Source: a virus (lineage: Duplodnaviria; Caudoviricetes). From it: a stretch of 55,757 nucleotides of DNA. The notes beneath the pieces were generated by a model. It did not search any database. It was not told the DNA's origin and was given only the letters and a program-made list of their open reading frames with translations. A program made the translations under genes and the position numbers. Below, piece by piece: positions 35,668 to 43,889 of this stretch (positions within the stretch are counted from its first letter, which is position 1; every line of letters begins with the position of its first letter). The DNA lies in IMG/VR virus record IMGVR_UViG_3300048902_000067, positions 1 through 55,757 of that record. One strand, 5' to 3'.

Positions 35668-38180
35668 TGCGCCGCCTGCTCGCCTTGGCGGCAGCGATAC
35701 TGGCGTTTGCCGGATCGGCCGCGCACGCCCAACCGACCTTCGATCTTTACAAGGCTCCGGTCATCGACGACGTGCCGATCTCGACCGCTCCGGTCGTTGC
35801 GAACGGATCATCGTCCGCCGCTCAGACGATTACCGGACAAGCGCCATCGTCCTGGGCGGACATGGCGACGCACACGCCAGGTTCATCGCAGGCGATCTTC
35901 GTCGGTGGTGTTGGAGGCTCGACTCAGAATTCGCCCGAGGCGGTGTTCACGGCCTCGATCTCCGGCTCCACCCTGACGGTCTCGGCGTGCAGCGTCTGCG
36001 TGCTCGCGACCAATCAGATCCTGGTTGGCAGCGGCGTCCCCGCGAACATCAAGATCACCGCACTGGGAACCGGCACGGGCGGAACGGGGACCTACACCAT
36101 CAGCCCCAGCAGCGGGACCATCACCTCCCGCGCTATGACCGCCAGCAACACCAACGTCTGGAAGAAGACCTACGACGAGGTGAACGGTATCGACGGCACG
36201 GTGGACACCCTCAACGGGATGAACATCGGCGCCAGCGAGAACGTCAACGGCGTCGGCGGCGCCCTGGCCTCGCGGGTCAACGCCACCCGCATCCTGCAGG
36301 TCGACCCGAACGGCTGGGCCGGGACCTTGCCAGGCGCGCAGCTGAACTGGGCCTGGATCGTACCGGCTTCCGTCAGCGGCGCCTCGCCCACGACGGGCAT
36401 GAATCTCATGGACCTATGGGGGACAGCGGTCGCGCAAAACCGCTTCCTCTTCTGGATGGCCAGTGATGGGGGTTGGAATACACCGCTGATCCTCACCGAT
36501 CACCAGCTCGATCGGCTTCTTTGGGGGGTCTTACCGGGCCACGTGCAGAACCTCGATCGGACACTCATGCAGAAGTGGAAGACCATTTCTGTAGCCGACA
36601 ACCTGAACCTCTACCGCGACATAAACCCCGTCTCGTCCTACATCCCTGACGGCTCCCACATGAATACCGTGGGCAACGTCTTCATGGATCAACAGGTCTT
36701 CCTGCCCTTCGAGCAGGGCGTCGAGGGCGGCTTTCCCTGGTGCGCCGATCACGCCTATTTCGGCAACGCCTCGACGGCCCAGACGTTCGGCGGGCCGACC
36801 GGGATCACGATCTACTGCGTCGGCAGCGCGATCTCAGACAAGCACTTCCAACTGCTGAACGCTGACGGCACGCCCAGCACCCACTTCGTTGTCGGCCCGC
36901 CGTTGGCCGTTAGCGGCATGACGACCCTCGCCGTCAGCCGGGTCAGCGCCACCATCCTGAAGCAGGGCTATTACGATCAGATCCTGCATGTCTGGAGCGA
37001 CCGCGGCCAGCACCGCTATTTCACGCTTCGCCTCGGCATTGGATCAGTCAATCTTTGCAACTGCGACACGCTGGTCCTCGACGGGCTCGAGCCCGCCACG
37101 TTCTTCATGACGAACGACAACCAGGGCACAATCGGCGCGCCTTCGTTCCCCAGCACGGCCACCCATCCGTTCCGTTCGACCGGCGCCGGATCGGTGCCTG
37201 GGACCGGTGTGACCGGCTTCACCTTCGTCGCCCGCCTGACGCTGGACGCCAGCGACCAGGACCCCAGGGCGGCGGCCCCGACCAATCGGCTTATCTATCT
37301 GTGGAAGAACCCCCAGATCCGACGCATCGCCTCAGGCGCCATCGACCTCTTCTGGAACCCTGACGGCGGCTCGCCGGTCAGCAGCAACGCCTCTGGGACC
37401 GGCGACGGATGCAAGCTCACCGTCGGGAAGGCCGGCATCTTCGACTATAAAACCTGCGCCGCCAGCGGGCGGTTGACCAAGTGGTTGATTGGCATGGTCG
37501 ACCTGACGGGGACCTGCCAGCAGCGCACGATGCTGATCGATGACGCGGACGCCGTGGTCGATTGGGATAGCGGCGCTGCGGCCTGCACCGGCTCCCCCAC
37601 CACGATCTCGTTGAACCCTGCATTCACCTCGGGCGCCATGACCAGCCCCGGCACCGGCAACACGACGCCGATCCTGTGGAACTCGGGAAGTTCGCACGAC
37701 CTGGCCATGCAAACGGCGTTTTCCGGAAAGGTCGCGCGTCTGATGGTGTTCCCCTACGCCATTGACTTCACGGCGGGCTGTACGACGGGCACTGTCTCGT
37801 CGATCATTCGCGCGCTGAACTGCACCAACGGGACCAATTTCTCCGCGCTGCGCTCCGGTCCAGGAACACTCACCGACTTCAGCGTGGCCTCGTCAAACGT
37901 GGTGGGCGACGGCCGTTCGATCATCACGGTCGCGGGCGGCGGACCTGGGGGCGCGACATGGGCGCCAGGTCACGTTGGTACGGCGACGCCCTACTTCATG
38001 CTGAGCGGAAACGCTGGTGACTATCACCACGGCATCAACGCCGGCACGGCCAATGACAATCAGCCGGGCGAGGAGCCTGGAAACCCGGCGCACGTCGGAG
38101 GCGTCGCCTTCGACGTGGCCGATCACCGCAACTGGCAGAACCTCGTCACCACGACGACCGGCTTGGCGGTGAGCCAATGA
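35667..38180 (+). CDS. Signal-peptide-bearing large receptor-binding/fibre-like protein
   Basis: MRRLLALAAAILAFAGSAAHA|Q; FTASISGSTLTV...GTGTGGTGTYT repeat; DGSH (SGNH-like DxxH); 12 Cys. Confidence 0.8.
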   Translation: MRRLLALAAAILAFAGSAAHAQPTFDLYKAPVIDDVPISTAPVVANGSSSAAQTITGQAPSSWADMATHTPGSSQAIFVGGVGGSTQNSPEAVFTASISGSTLTVSACSVCVLATNQILVGSGVPANIKITALGTGTGGTGTYTISPSSGTITSRAMTASNTNVWKKTYDEVNGIDGTVDTLNGMNIGASENVNGVGGALASRVNATRILQVDPNGWAGTLPGAQLNWAWIVPASVSGASPTTGMNLMDLWGTAVAQNRFLFWMASDGGWNTPLILTDHQLDRLLWGVLPGHVQNLDRTLMQKWKTISVADNLNLYRDINPVSSYIPDGSHMNTVGNVFMDQQVFLPFEQGVEGGFPWCADHAYFGNASTAQTFGGPTGITIYCVGSAISDKHFQLLNADGTPSTHFVVGPPLAVSGMTTLAVSRVSATILKQGYYDQILHVWSDRGQHRYFTLRLGIGSVNLCNCDTLVLDGLEPATFFMTNDNQGTIGAPSFPSTATHPFRSTGAGSVPGTGVTGFTFVARLTLDASDQDPRAAAPTNRLIYLWKNPQIRRIASGAIDLFWNPDGGSPVSSNASGTGDGCKLTVGKAGIFDYKTCAASGRLTKWLIGMVDLTGTCQQRTMLIDDADAVVDWDSGAAACTGSPTTISLNPAFTSGAMTSPGTGNTTPILWNSGSSHDLAMQTAFSGKVARLMVFPYAIDFTAGCTTGTVSSIIRALNCTNGTNFSALRSGPGTLTDFSVASSNVVGDGRSIITVAGGGPGGATWAPGHVGTATPYFMLSGNAGDYHHGINAGTANDNQPGEEPGNPAHVGGVAFDVADHRNWQNLVTTTTGLAVSQ

Positions 38181-38398
38181 CCGACGCCCTCGCAGCGCCC
38201 TGAGGCGAACCCAAGAGCAACTGGCGGATGCGCGCGAACGCATCCGCCAGTCCGACCGCCAGAGAGTGACGGCCGATCCCGCGCGGGACGGCTTCACTGT
38301 AGGCGTTGAAATCCCAAATCCCCAACAGCCGGACGAAAGAGAGACGCCCGACATGAACACGACGCCGGACCCATACATCCCCGACGCCGAGGTCAACT

Positions 38399-38866
38399 GT
38401 GGTGGCCAGTAGCGCGATCAACGAGGGCTTGCTGCGCCAAATCTTGGTTGGCCACGCCGAACTGAAGGAACAGGTAGCGGGCCTTGGCGCAACGGTTGAA
38501 AGCGTCAAGGCCGACGCCCGCGAAGCCCGCGACGCCGCCCGCGAGAGCGCGGCTGCGACCAAGGCGCAGGACCTGCCCGCCAAGATCGCCGAGTTGAAGG
38601 GCCAGGTCGAGAAGATGGCGGAGGGAAATCGTGCTGATCTCGTCAACGCCATCAGTCGCGTGACCGCCGAGGTCCGCGAAGGCAAGGCCGATCACGGCGC
38701 GCGGCTCGATGCCCACGACATCCGCTTGGACAAGCTGGAGGCCGGTCACAACCGATTCAAGGGCGCAACGGGCCTGATTGGCTGGATCAGCCGCAACATG
38801 CCTTGGCTGATGACGGCGCTGGTGGCTGCGGCGGCAATTTTCGACATGAAGGATCGTCACCCATGA
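38399..38866 (+). CDS. Coiled-coil protein with a C-terminal transmembrane helix (lysis-associated)
   Basis: Heptads followed by a hydrophobic tail. Confidence 0.7.
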   Translation: MVASSAINEGLLRQILVGHAELKEQVAGLGATVESVKADAREARDAARESAAATKAQDLPAKIAELKGQVEKMAEGNRADLVNAISRVTAEVREGKADHGARLDAHDIRLDKLEAGHNRFKGATGLIGWISRNMPWLMTALVAAAAIFDMKDRHP

Positions 38867-39201
38867 GTGAGCCAAACAACCCACTCCCCCCACAGATCAC
38901 CGCATCAACACCGGCGTCGGCCATGCCCTGGTTTGTGCCGCCTTGGCCTGTGTTTCTCGCCCTGGGCCTCTTCGGGCTCACCTGCTGGATCATGTGGACC
39001 CTTGCGCCGCTGCCGGGTCATGACCCTAGCCAGCTCTTCAATATGCTCGCCCAGGCCATCGTTCTGACGGCCTTCATTGGCGGCCCTGTCGCCGTCGCCT
39101 TCATCGCCAGCCGCGACAGCCAGAAGAAGAACGAGACGATTGCCGCCCAGGCTCAGACCATCGCATCTCAGGTCTCGCCGCAAGCCCCGCCGCAGCCATG
39201 A
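38863..39201 (+). CDS. Putative holin
   Basis: Two transmembrane helices; S.DSQKK.ETI; directly upstream of the endolysin. Confidence 0.75.
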   Translation: MSEPNNPLPPQITASTPASAMPWFVPPWPVFLALGLFGLTCWIMWTLAPLPGHDPSQLFNMLAQAIVLTAFIGGPVAVAFIASRDSQKKNETIAAQAQTIASQVSPQAPPQP

Positions 39202-39698
39202 CCTTCACGCTATCCGCCAAGTCGGTCGAGCGCCTTGAAGGTGTTCATCCGTCGCTCGTCAAGGTCGTTGAAACGGCCATCAGCCTCTCCAGTCAGGACT
39301 TCATGGTGGTGGAGGGCGTCCGGTCCCGTGACGCCATGTGCGTCAACTGGGGGAAGGGCCGCACGACCGCCCAGTGCACGACAGTCGGTGTCCCGGCGGT
39401 CTACGCCAAGCCTGACCTCGCCAAGGTGACGTGGCTGGCCGATCCGTTCCGCTCCAACCATCGCATCATGCCGGACGGTTTCGGTCATGCGGTGGACCTC
39501 GGGGCCTTGGTGGATGGGGTCTACGACGGGGAGCATCAAGCGCCCTATGACGCCATCGCCGTGGCCATGTTCAAGGCCGCATCGCAGCTCGGCCTACACG
39601 TCCGGTGGGGGGCTGATTGGGATGAGGACGGTATCGCCCACGAGCACGGGGAGGGCGACATGGCGCACTTCGAGCTGATCAACCCGGCGAGCGCATGA
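39198..39698 (+). CDS. Endolysin, M15-family peptidase
   Basis: LEGVHP.L, EG.RS, S.H...GHAVD, RWGADW, D..HFEL. Confidence 0.92.
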   Translation: MTFTLSAKSVERLEGVHPSLVKVVETAISLSSQDFMVVEGVRSRDAMCVNWGKGRTTAQCTTVGVPAVYAKPDLAKVTWLADPFRSNHRIMPDGFGHAVDLGALVDGVYDGEHQAPYDAIAVAMFKAASQLGLHVRWGADWDEDGIAHEHGEGDMAHFELINPASA

Positions 39699-39756
39699 AG
39701 CTCGCCCGTCATCCACACCATTCCGCCCCCTGAGGGCTCGCTAAGGAAATCCCCCC

Positions 39757-40155
39757 ATGTCCATTTTCTCTCAATGGCGCAACGGCGTCATCGGCTGGCC
39801 AGAAGCCGCCAAGCAGGGCGTCGCCTATATCCAGGCCTTCGTAAACAAGAGCCCGGCGCTGCAGACGGTGGCGGCGGCCGAGGTCGCGGTCTTCAAGCAG
39901 GCCGCCAGCAACGCCATCGCCATGGCGGACACCGCCGCAGCGCCCCTGATCAATACCAGCGCAGCCGTCGTCTCGGCTGAAATGAAGACCCTGTTGACCG
40001 CCTATCTCGGCCCGGTCGGCGCGGTGGTGCTGACCCCGGCCACCTCGGACGCCATCAACCTGGCCCGCGACGCGCTGATCGCTGAAATCCACGCCGTTGC
40101 CCTGCAATTCAAGGCGGACCTGGCCGTGACCCCGGCCGTCGCCAAGGCTGCCTGA
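39757..40155 (+). CDS. Hypothetical Ala-rich protein
   Basis: AAGGA ribosome-binding site. Confidence 0.7.
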   Translation: MSIFSQWRNGVIGWPEAAKQGVAYIQAFVNKSPALQTVAAAEVAVFKQAASNAIAMADTAAAPLINTSAAVVSAEMKTLLTAYLGPVGAVVLTPATSDAINLARDALIAEIHAVALQFKADLAVTPAVAKAA

Positions 40156-40157
40156 CC

Positions 40158-40673
40158 ATGCCCATCCTCGCGCCCTTCATCCTCGTTCCCCTCTACGCCC
40201 TTGCTGATCGCTTCACTGGCGGCGGCTGGCCGAAGCTGGACGCCGCATTGCCGGGGCGCTCGGTCTTCTGGGCCTCGCTGGTCTTGGCTGGGGCGGGCTG
40301 GCTGGTGGGCGGCGCGTTCGGCGCGCTCTGCGCCTTGGCGTGGTTCATCTACCGCACCCCCGCCTGGGGGATGTTCGGCGGGTCTATCGATGCTCGGACT
40401 TCGGGCCAAGCGATCGGCATGTTCGTGCGTCATCTCCTATGGGCGCCGCTTCTGGCGGTGTGCGCCTATTGGGGCGGCCATCCGTGGCCCATCGTCGTCG
40501 GCGGGGCGGTGGTCTACGCGGTTGCCGCGTCCCTGGTGGCGGTATGGTTCGGAGCCCAGACATCGAAGCATATCGCAAGGGGCGAGCCCGGCGGAGACGA
40601 GAACACCGTCGCTGAACTCGCGCGCGGGGCCTTGGCGGGGCTCACCGTCGCGGCGCTGGTGATCTGGTCGTGA
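40158..40673 (+). CDS. Multi-pass membrane protein
   Basis: Several hydrophobic segments. Confidence 0.7.
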   Translation: MPILAPFILVPLYALADRFTGGGWPKLDAALPGRSVFWASLVLAGAGWLVGGAFGALCALAWFIYRTPAWGMFGGSIDARTSGQAIGMFVRHLLWAPLLAVCAYWGGHPWPIVVGGAVVYAVAASLVAVWFGAQTSKHIARGEPGGDENTVAELARGALAGLTVAALVIWS

Positions 40674-41140
40674 CCTACTATCCGCCACAGCCGCCACGGA
40701 CGGGCGGGATTCTCTCCATGATCGGAGCCTTGGCGCTGATCGGGCTCGGAGCAGGTGGGGGCCTGGCCTGGGATCGCCATCCCGCATGGGGCGTCCAAAC
40801 CCCACGGGTTCCACTGGTCGGCTGGCGGGTCGGGTTCGACTTGCCCGACAGCTTGGCCACGGAGCGGGACAAGGCCCGAGCCTCGCTCTTGCTCGCTATG
40901 GACGCCACACTGGCCTGCCGAGACACCCTGACGGCCCAGAGCGCCTCGATCCGGTCCGTGGCGGCGGAGGCGGCGGTCAATGCCGCTAGCGCCGCCCACG
41001 CCCTGCAATCGGCCCGTAGCGTGGCCGAATCCTATCGGCAGGCCTCATTGGCGCTCAAGGACTACGTTCCTGAGGGATCGGATCAATGCGCCCGCTGGAC
41101 GGATGCTGACCGGGCCGTGGTGAAGGCGATGAAGCCATGA
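40670..41140 (+). CDS. Inner-membrane spanin (Rz-like)
   Basis: N-terminal transmembrane helix plus Ala-rich coiled coil. Confidence 0.7.
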   Translation: MTYYPPQPPRTGGILSMIGALALIGLGAGGGLAWDRHPAWGVQTPRVPLVGWRVGFDLPDSLATERDKARASLLLAMDATLACRDTLTAQSASIRSVAAEAAVNAASAAHALQSARSVAESYRQASLALKDYVPEGSDQCARWTDADRAVVKAMKP

Positions 41141-41430
41141 ACCTGTCAAGGAAACCCCGCTTGGCTTTACACATCTTGGCGACATGTTCACTTCTGTCAG
41201 CCTGCGCCACCTCACCGGCTCCTAGGATCGTGTACCAGCAAGTTCCGGTGGAGGTCGCGGGCCACTGCATTCCGAAAGAACTTCCAGGGCTTCCCAGCGA
41301 CGCCACGATCCCTGAAAGCCTCGCCGCCCTGGCGGATGGGCCGACTCGTTACGCTAGGCTCGCGGCGGCTTATCTCACCCTCTACGGGTGGTCCCTACAG
41401 GCAGCCCCCGTGATCGTCGCCTGTCGATGA
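41137..41430 (+). CDS. Outer-membrane spanin lipoprotein (Rz1-like)
   Basis: Lipobox LSAC; Pro-rich. Confidence 0.75.
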   Translation: MNLSRKPRLALHILATCSLLSACATSPAPRIVYQQVPVEVAGHCIPKELPGLPSDATIPESLAALADGPTRYARLAAAYLTLYGWSLQAAPVIVACR

Positions 41431-41513
41431 GTCCGAGGGCTTGGCTGAGCGTGGCCGTCATCTATGGCCTAGTCGCTCTCATGATCACTATAGCTGCGGC
41501 CCTCAAAATCTGA
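41427..41513 (+). CDS. 28-aa hydrophobic peptide MSPRAWLSVAVIYGLVALMITIAAALKI
   Basis: ATGA-coupled; single transmembrane helix. Confidence 0.45.
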   Translation: MSPRAWLSVAVIYGLVALMITIAAALKI

Positions 41514-41621
41514 AATCGATAGGGCTCATGCCCTTGTCCTTTCGGGACAGGGTTGAGTTTTCGGCTGGAATCCGTAGCGTGCGGGTGTGAAGTGCGTTGT
41601 TCCCACGGTGGAACGGCAACG

Positions 41622-41653
41622 AGGGGCCGGGCGCAAGTCCGGCCTTTCGCTTG
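41622..41653 (+). terminator. GCAA-tetraloop terminator-like hairpin
   Basis: GGGGCCGGGC-GCAA-GTCCGGCCTT followed by TCGCTT. Confidence 0.6.
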
Positions 41654-41717
41654 TTCCCGGGATACATTTCCCCATTTCCCGCTAGGTTAAATCTCTGGAT
41701 TCGCGTATAGTTTCAGG

Positions 41718-41856
41718 GCTGCGGCGGTGGGGATGGACCCACGTCGAGAGAGCCCCGATGCAAGTCGGATAATCAATCTGCTGGCGGCGCCTCTGGGTAC
41801 CACGCCCTGATAAGTCAGCGGAGCTAGGGAGCCGGTACCAAGCCCGGCCCGCAGCA
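41718..41856 (+). ncRNA. tRNA-like structured RNA with an expanded anticodon domain
   Basis: 7-bp acceptor stem GCTGCGG/CCGCAGC plus A; D-like arm GTGGG/CCCAC; T-like arm GCCGG/CCGGC; TATAGT -10 at 41706. Confidence 0.7.
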
Positions 41857-41872
41857 TCTTCCTCGCTAAGCC

Positions 41873-42145
41873 CTACCTCCTTTTCCGCCTACTCCTGATC
41901 ATTGGCTTCCAATCCTTCATAGGATGAGGCCCAAAAACAGCTTCCATCTCAGCCTTTCCGAACACCCGATTGCCGTCCTTCATCCCGGCGGCTCTACCCC
42001 TGTTCTCTGGCGGCAAATCCAGCAAACCTAGCGTGATCAACTGCTCCCTCACCAGATACCCCACAGCTTCTTTCCCGGTTAGATCGGGGCGTTCTTCAGC
42101 GATGAAGCGGCGTAGGGCGGAGAGGGTTTCGGGGTCGTAGGGCAT
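41873..42145 (-). CDS. Small LexA-boxed protein, ribbon-helix-helix-like (candidate antirepressor)
   Basis: ALRRFIAEERPDLTGKEAVGYLVREQL; has its own promoter. Confidence 0.65.
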   Translation of the reverse strand: MPYDPETLSALRRFIAEERPDLTGKEAVGYLVREQLITLGLLDLPPENRGRAAGMKDGNRVFGKAEMEAVFGPHPMKDWKPMIRSRRKRR

Positions 42146-42149
42146 GGGG

Positions 42150-42180
42150 GAACGGAAGTAGAACATTAGGCGGGTGTCAA
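42150..42180 (-). promoter_or_regulatory. SOS promoter: TTGACA plus alphaproteobacterial LexA box
   Basis: Minus strand TTGACAcccgcctaatGTTCtacttccGTTC. Confidence 0.8.
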
Positions 42181-42187
42181 GTCGCGC

Positions 42188-43414
42188 TCAACCCTTGACG
42201 CATACAACCTGCTTCAACGTGTGAACGATCTCGACGTGGTCCGCCTGCGCCGCCATCACCGCATCAATATCCTTGTAGGCCGCCGGGGTTTCGTCAATCA
42301 CGTCGGCATCCATCCGGCATTCCACGCCCTCGACGGCCTTCGCATGATCCTCCAGCGTGAAGCGCCGCTTGGCCTCAGTTCTGGACATGGCCCGCCCAGC
42401 GCCGTGCGAACATGAGTTCATCGCCATCGCGAGCGCTGAGCCGGGCTTGGCGCGGACGATGAAGGATTTCGCTCCCATGGAGCCTGGGATGATGCCCAGG
42501 TCGGTTTCGGTGATCCTGACCGCACCCTTGCGGGTGACGAGAACGTCAGCCCCGAAGTGGTGCTCCTGGGCGACGTAGTTGTGGTGGCAGTTGACCGCCT
42601 CGCAGTCACTGACGAACGGCTTTGGTACGGTGACCGCCAGGGCGTCCAGCGCTGCGCGCATCATCAGCGTGCGGTTCAGGCGCGCGAAACCCTGCGCCCA
42701 TGACAGCGCCTTCATATAGTCGCCGTAGAGTTCCGAGCCTTGCGGAATATAGGCCAAGTCCTGATCCGGCAGGTTGATGAACCAGCGGCGCATCTCGTTC
42801 TTGGCTTGTTCGATGAAGTAAGAGCCGATGCGGTTTCCGATCCCGCGCGATCCGGAATGCAGCATGACCCACACGCGCTGATCTTCGTCCAAGCACACCT
42901 CCACGAAGTGGTTGCCGGTCCCGAGCGTCCCCATGTGGTGAGGCGCGCGGTTGGCGGCCTGGCCGATCTTCGGGTGTTTCGCAACGATCTCCGCGAGCCC
43001 GGCGGCCAGGCGCTCAAACTCAGCGGCGTATTCCGCCGGCACGTCGCCCCAGGCGCCCCGGTCGCCAAGCCCGCCGTTGTCCGACCGACCATGCGGAATG
43101 CGCGCCTCGATAGCCGAGCGCAGCGCAAGGAGGCTGTCGGGTAGATCCGATGCGACTAGCGACGTGCGCTGTGCCATCATCCCACAGCCGATATCCACGC
43201 CCACGGCGGCGGGGATAATCGCGCCCCGCGTCGGGATCACAGAGCCCACGGTGGCGCCCATCCCCCAGTGAACATCGGGCATGACGGCGATATGCTTATG
43301 GACGAACGGCATGGCGGCCATGTTGTCGAGTTGTGCGCGGGCTTGGTCCTCGACGCTTACGCCGTCGATCCACGCCTTGATGAGCCCCCCACGGGCTCCC
43401 TCGAAAACCTGCAT
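42188..43414 (-). CDS. rtcB: RtcB RNA 3'-phosphate/5'-OH ligase
   Basis: MPDVH.G.G, VGVDIGCG, GTLG.GNHF, HSGSRG, HHNY, PGSMG, SHGAGR, DE.P.AYK. Confidence 0.97.
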   Translation of the reverse strand: MQVFEGARGGLIKAWIDGVSVEDQARAQLDNMAAMPFVHKHIAVMPDVHWGMGATVGSVIPTRGAIIPAAVGVDIGCGMMAQRTSLVASDLPDSLLALRSAIEARIPHGRSDNGGLGDRGAWGDVPAEYAAEFERLAAGLAEIVAKHPKIGQAANRAPHHMGTLGTGNHFVEVCLDEDQRVWVMLHSGSRGIGNRIGSYFIEQAKNEMRRWFINLPDQDLAYIPQGSELYGDYMKALSWAQGFARLNRTLMMRAALDALAVTVPKPFVSDCEAVNCHHNYVAQEHHFGADVLVTRKGAVRITETDLGIIPGSMGAKSFIVRAKPGSALAMAMNSCSHGAGRAMSRTEAKRRFTLEDHAKAVEGVECRMDADVIDETPAAYKDIDAVMAAQADHVEIVHTLKQVVCVKG

Positions 43415-43797
43415 TAGCGATCCAACTTCTCGAAATAGACGCTCTCGGAATAGTAGCCGTTCGAGCTACCATACCAGCGGATGTCCACAGAACCCTTGAT
43501 TGTGGCGAGCTTATAGAACGTCCACGTGAAGCTCGCGTCGCGATAATCTGGCGGCGACACACCAACCGGGTCGGCGACGCTGTTCGTCGCCTCTTCCGCC
43601 AAAAGGATGGGCGACCCGATCAGGTCCGCGATGTCGCCGTTGATGTCCTCAATTTCCACGCTCTCGCAGCAGTCTTGAGAATGCCACTGCATGTATCGCG
43701 TCCCTTCGTCAGTCGTAAACGTGATGCGGTTATCGCCCTCACGATCCACATCAACCGATACAAGGGTTTTTCCGAGCAGTTCGGCGAACGCGGTCAT
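43414..43797 (-). CDS. Conserved phage protein (H.QDCCESV...WTFYKLAT.KG.V.IRW.G.SNGYYSE)
   Basis: TAATG-coupled to rtcB. Confidence 0.8.
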   Translation of the reverse strand: MTAFAELLGKTLVSVDVDREGDNRITFTTDEGTRYMQWHSQDCCESVEIEDINGDIADLIGSPILLAEEATNSVADPVGVSPPDYRDASFTWTFYKLATIKGSVDIRWYGSSNGYYSESVYFEKLDR

Positions 43798-43889
43798 GGA
43801 ACACTCCATGAACCGTCTGTGGTGGATTTTGTGGGGACTTCTCCTCCCCAACACTCCCGATGTTCTCCGTCCGTTGCCGCTGCCGTCAT
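43794..43889 (-). CDS. 31-aa leader ORF of the rtcB operon
   Basis: GGAGA ribosome-binding site; ATGA overlap with the next gene. Confidence 0.35.
   Translation of the reverse strand: MTAAATDGEHRECWGGEVPTKSTTDGSWSVP

Noticed and set aside
33836-38180. Diversity-generating retroelement acting on the fibre genes
   Set aside because: No reverse transcriptase and no template/variable repeat pair seen
38177-38398. Programmed frameshift at CCC-TGA after the large fibre gene
   Set aside because: The +1 frame stops quickly; the more protein-like frame needs a different shift, so a decayed small ORF is more likely
41687-41701. CtrA box upstream of the tRNA mimic
   Set aside because: Only one TTAA half-site; the second half does not match
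41718-41856. tmRNA or a canonical tRNA
   Set aside because: No G3-U70 pair, no TTCRA loop, no evident tag ORF and no standard anticodon arm
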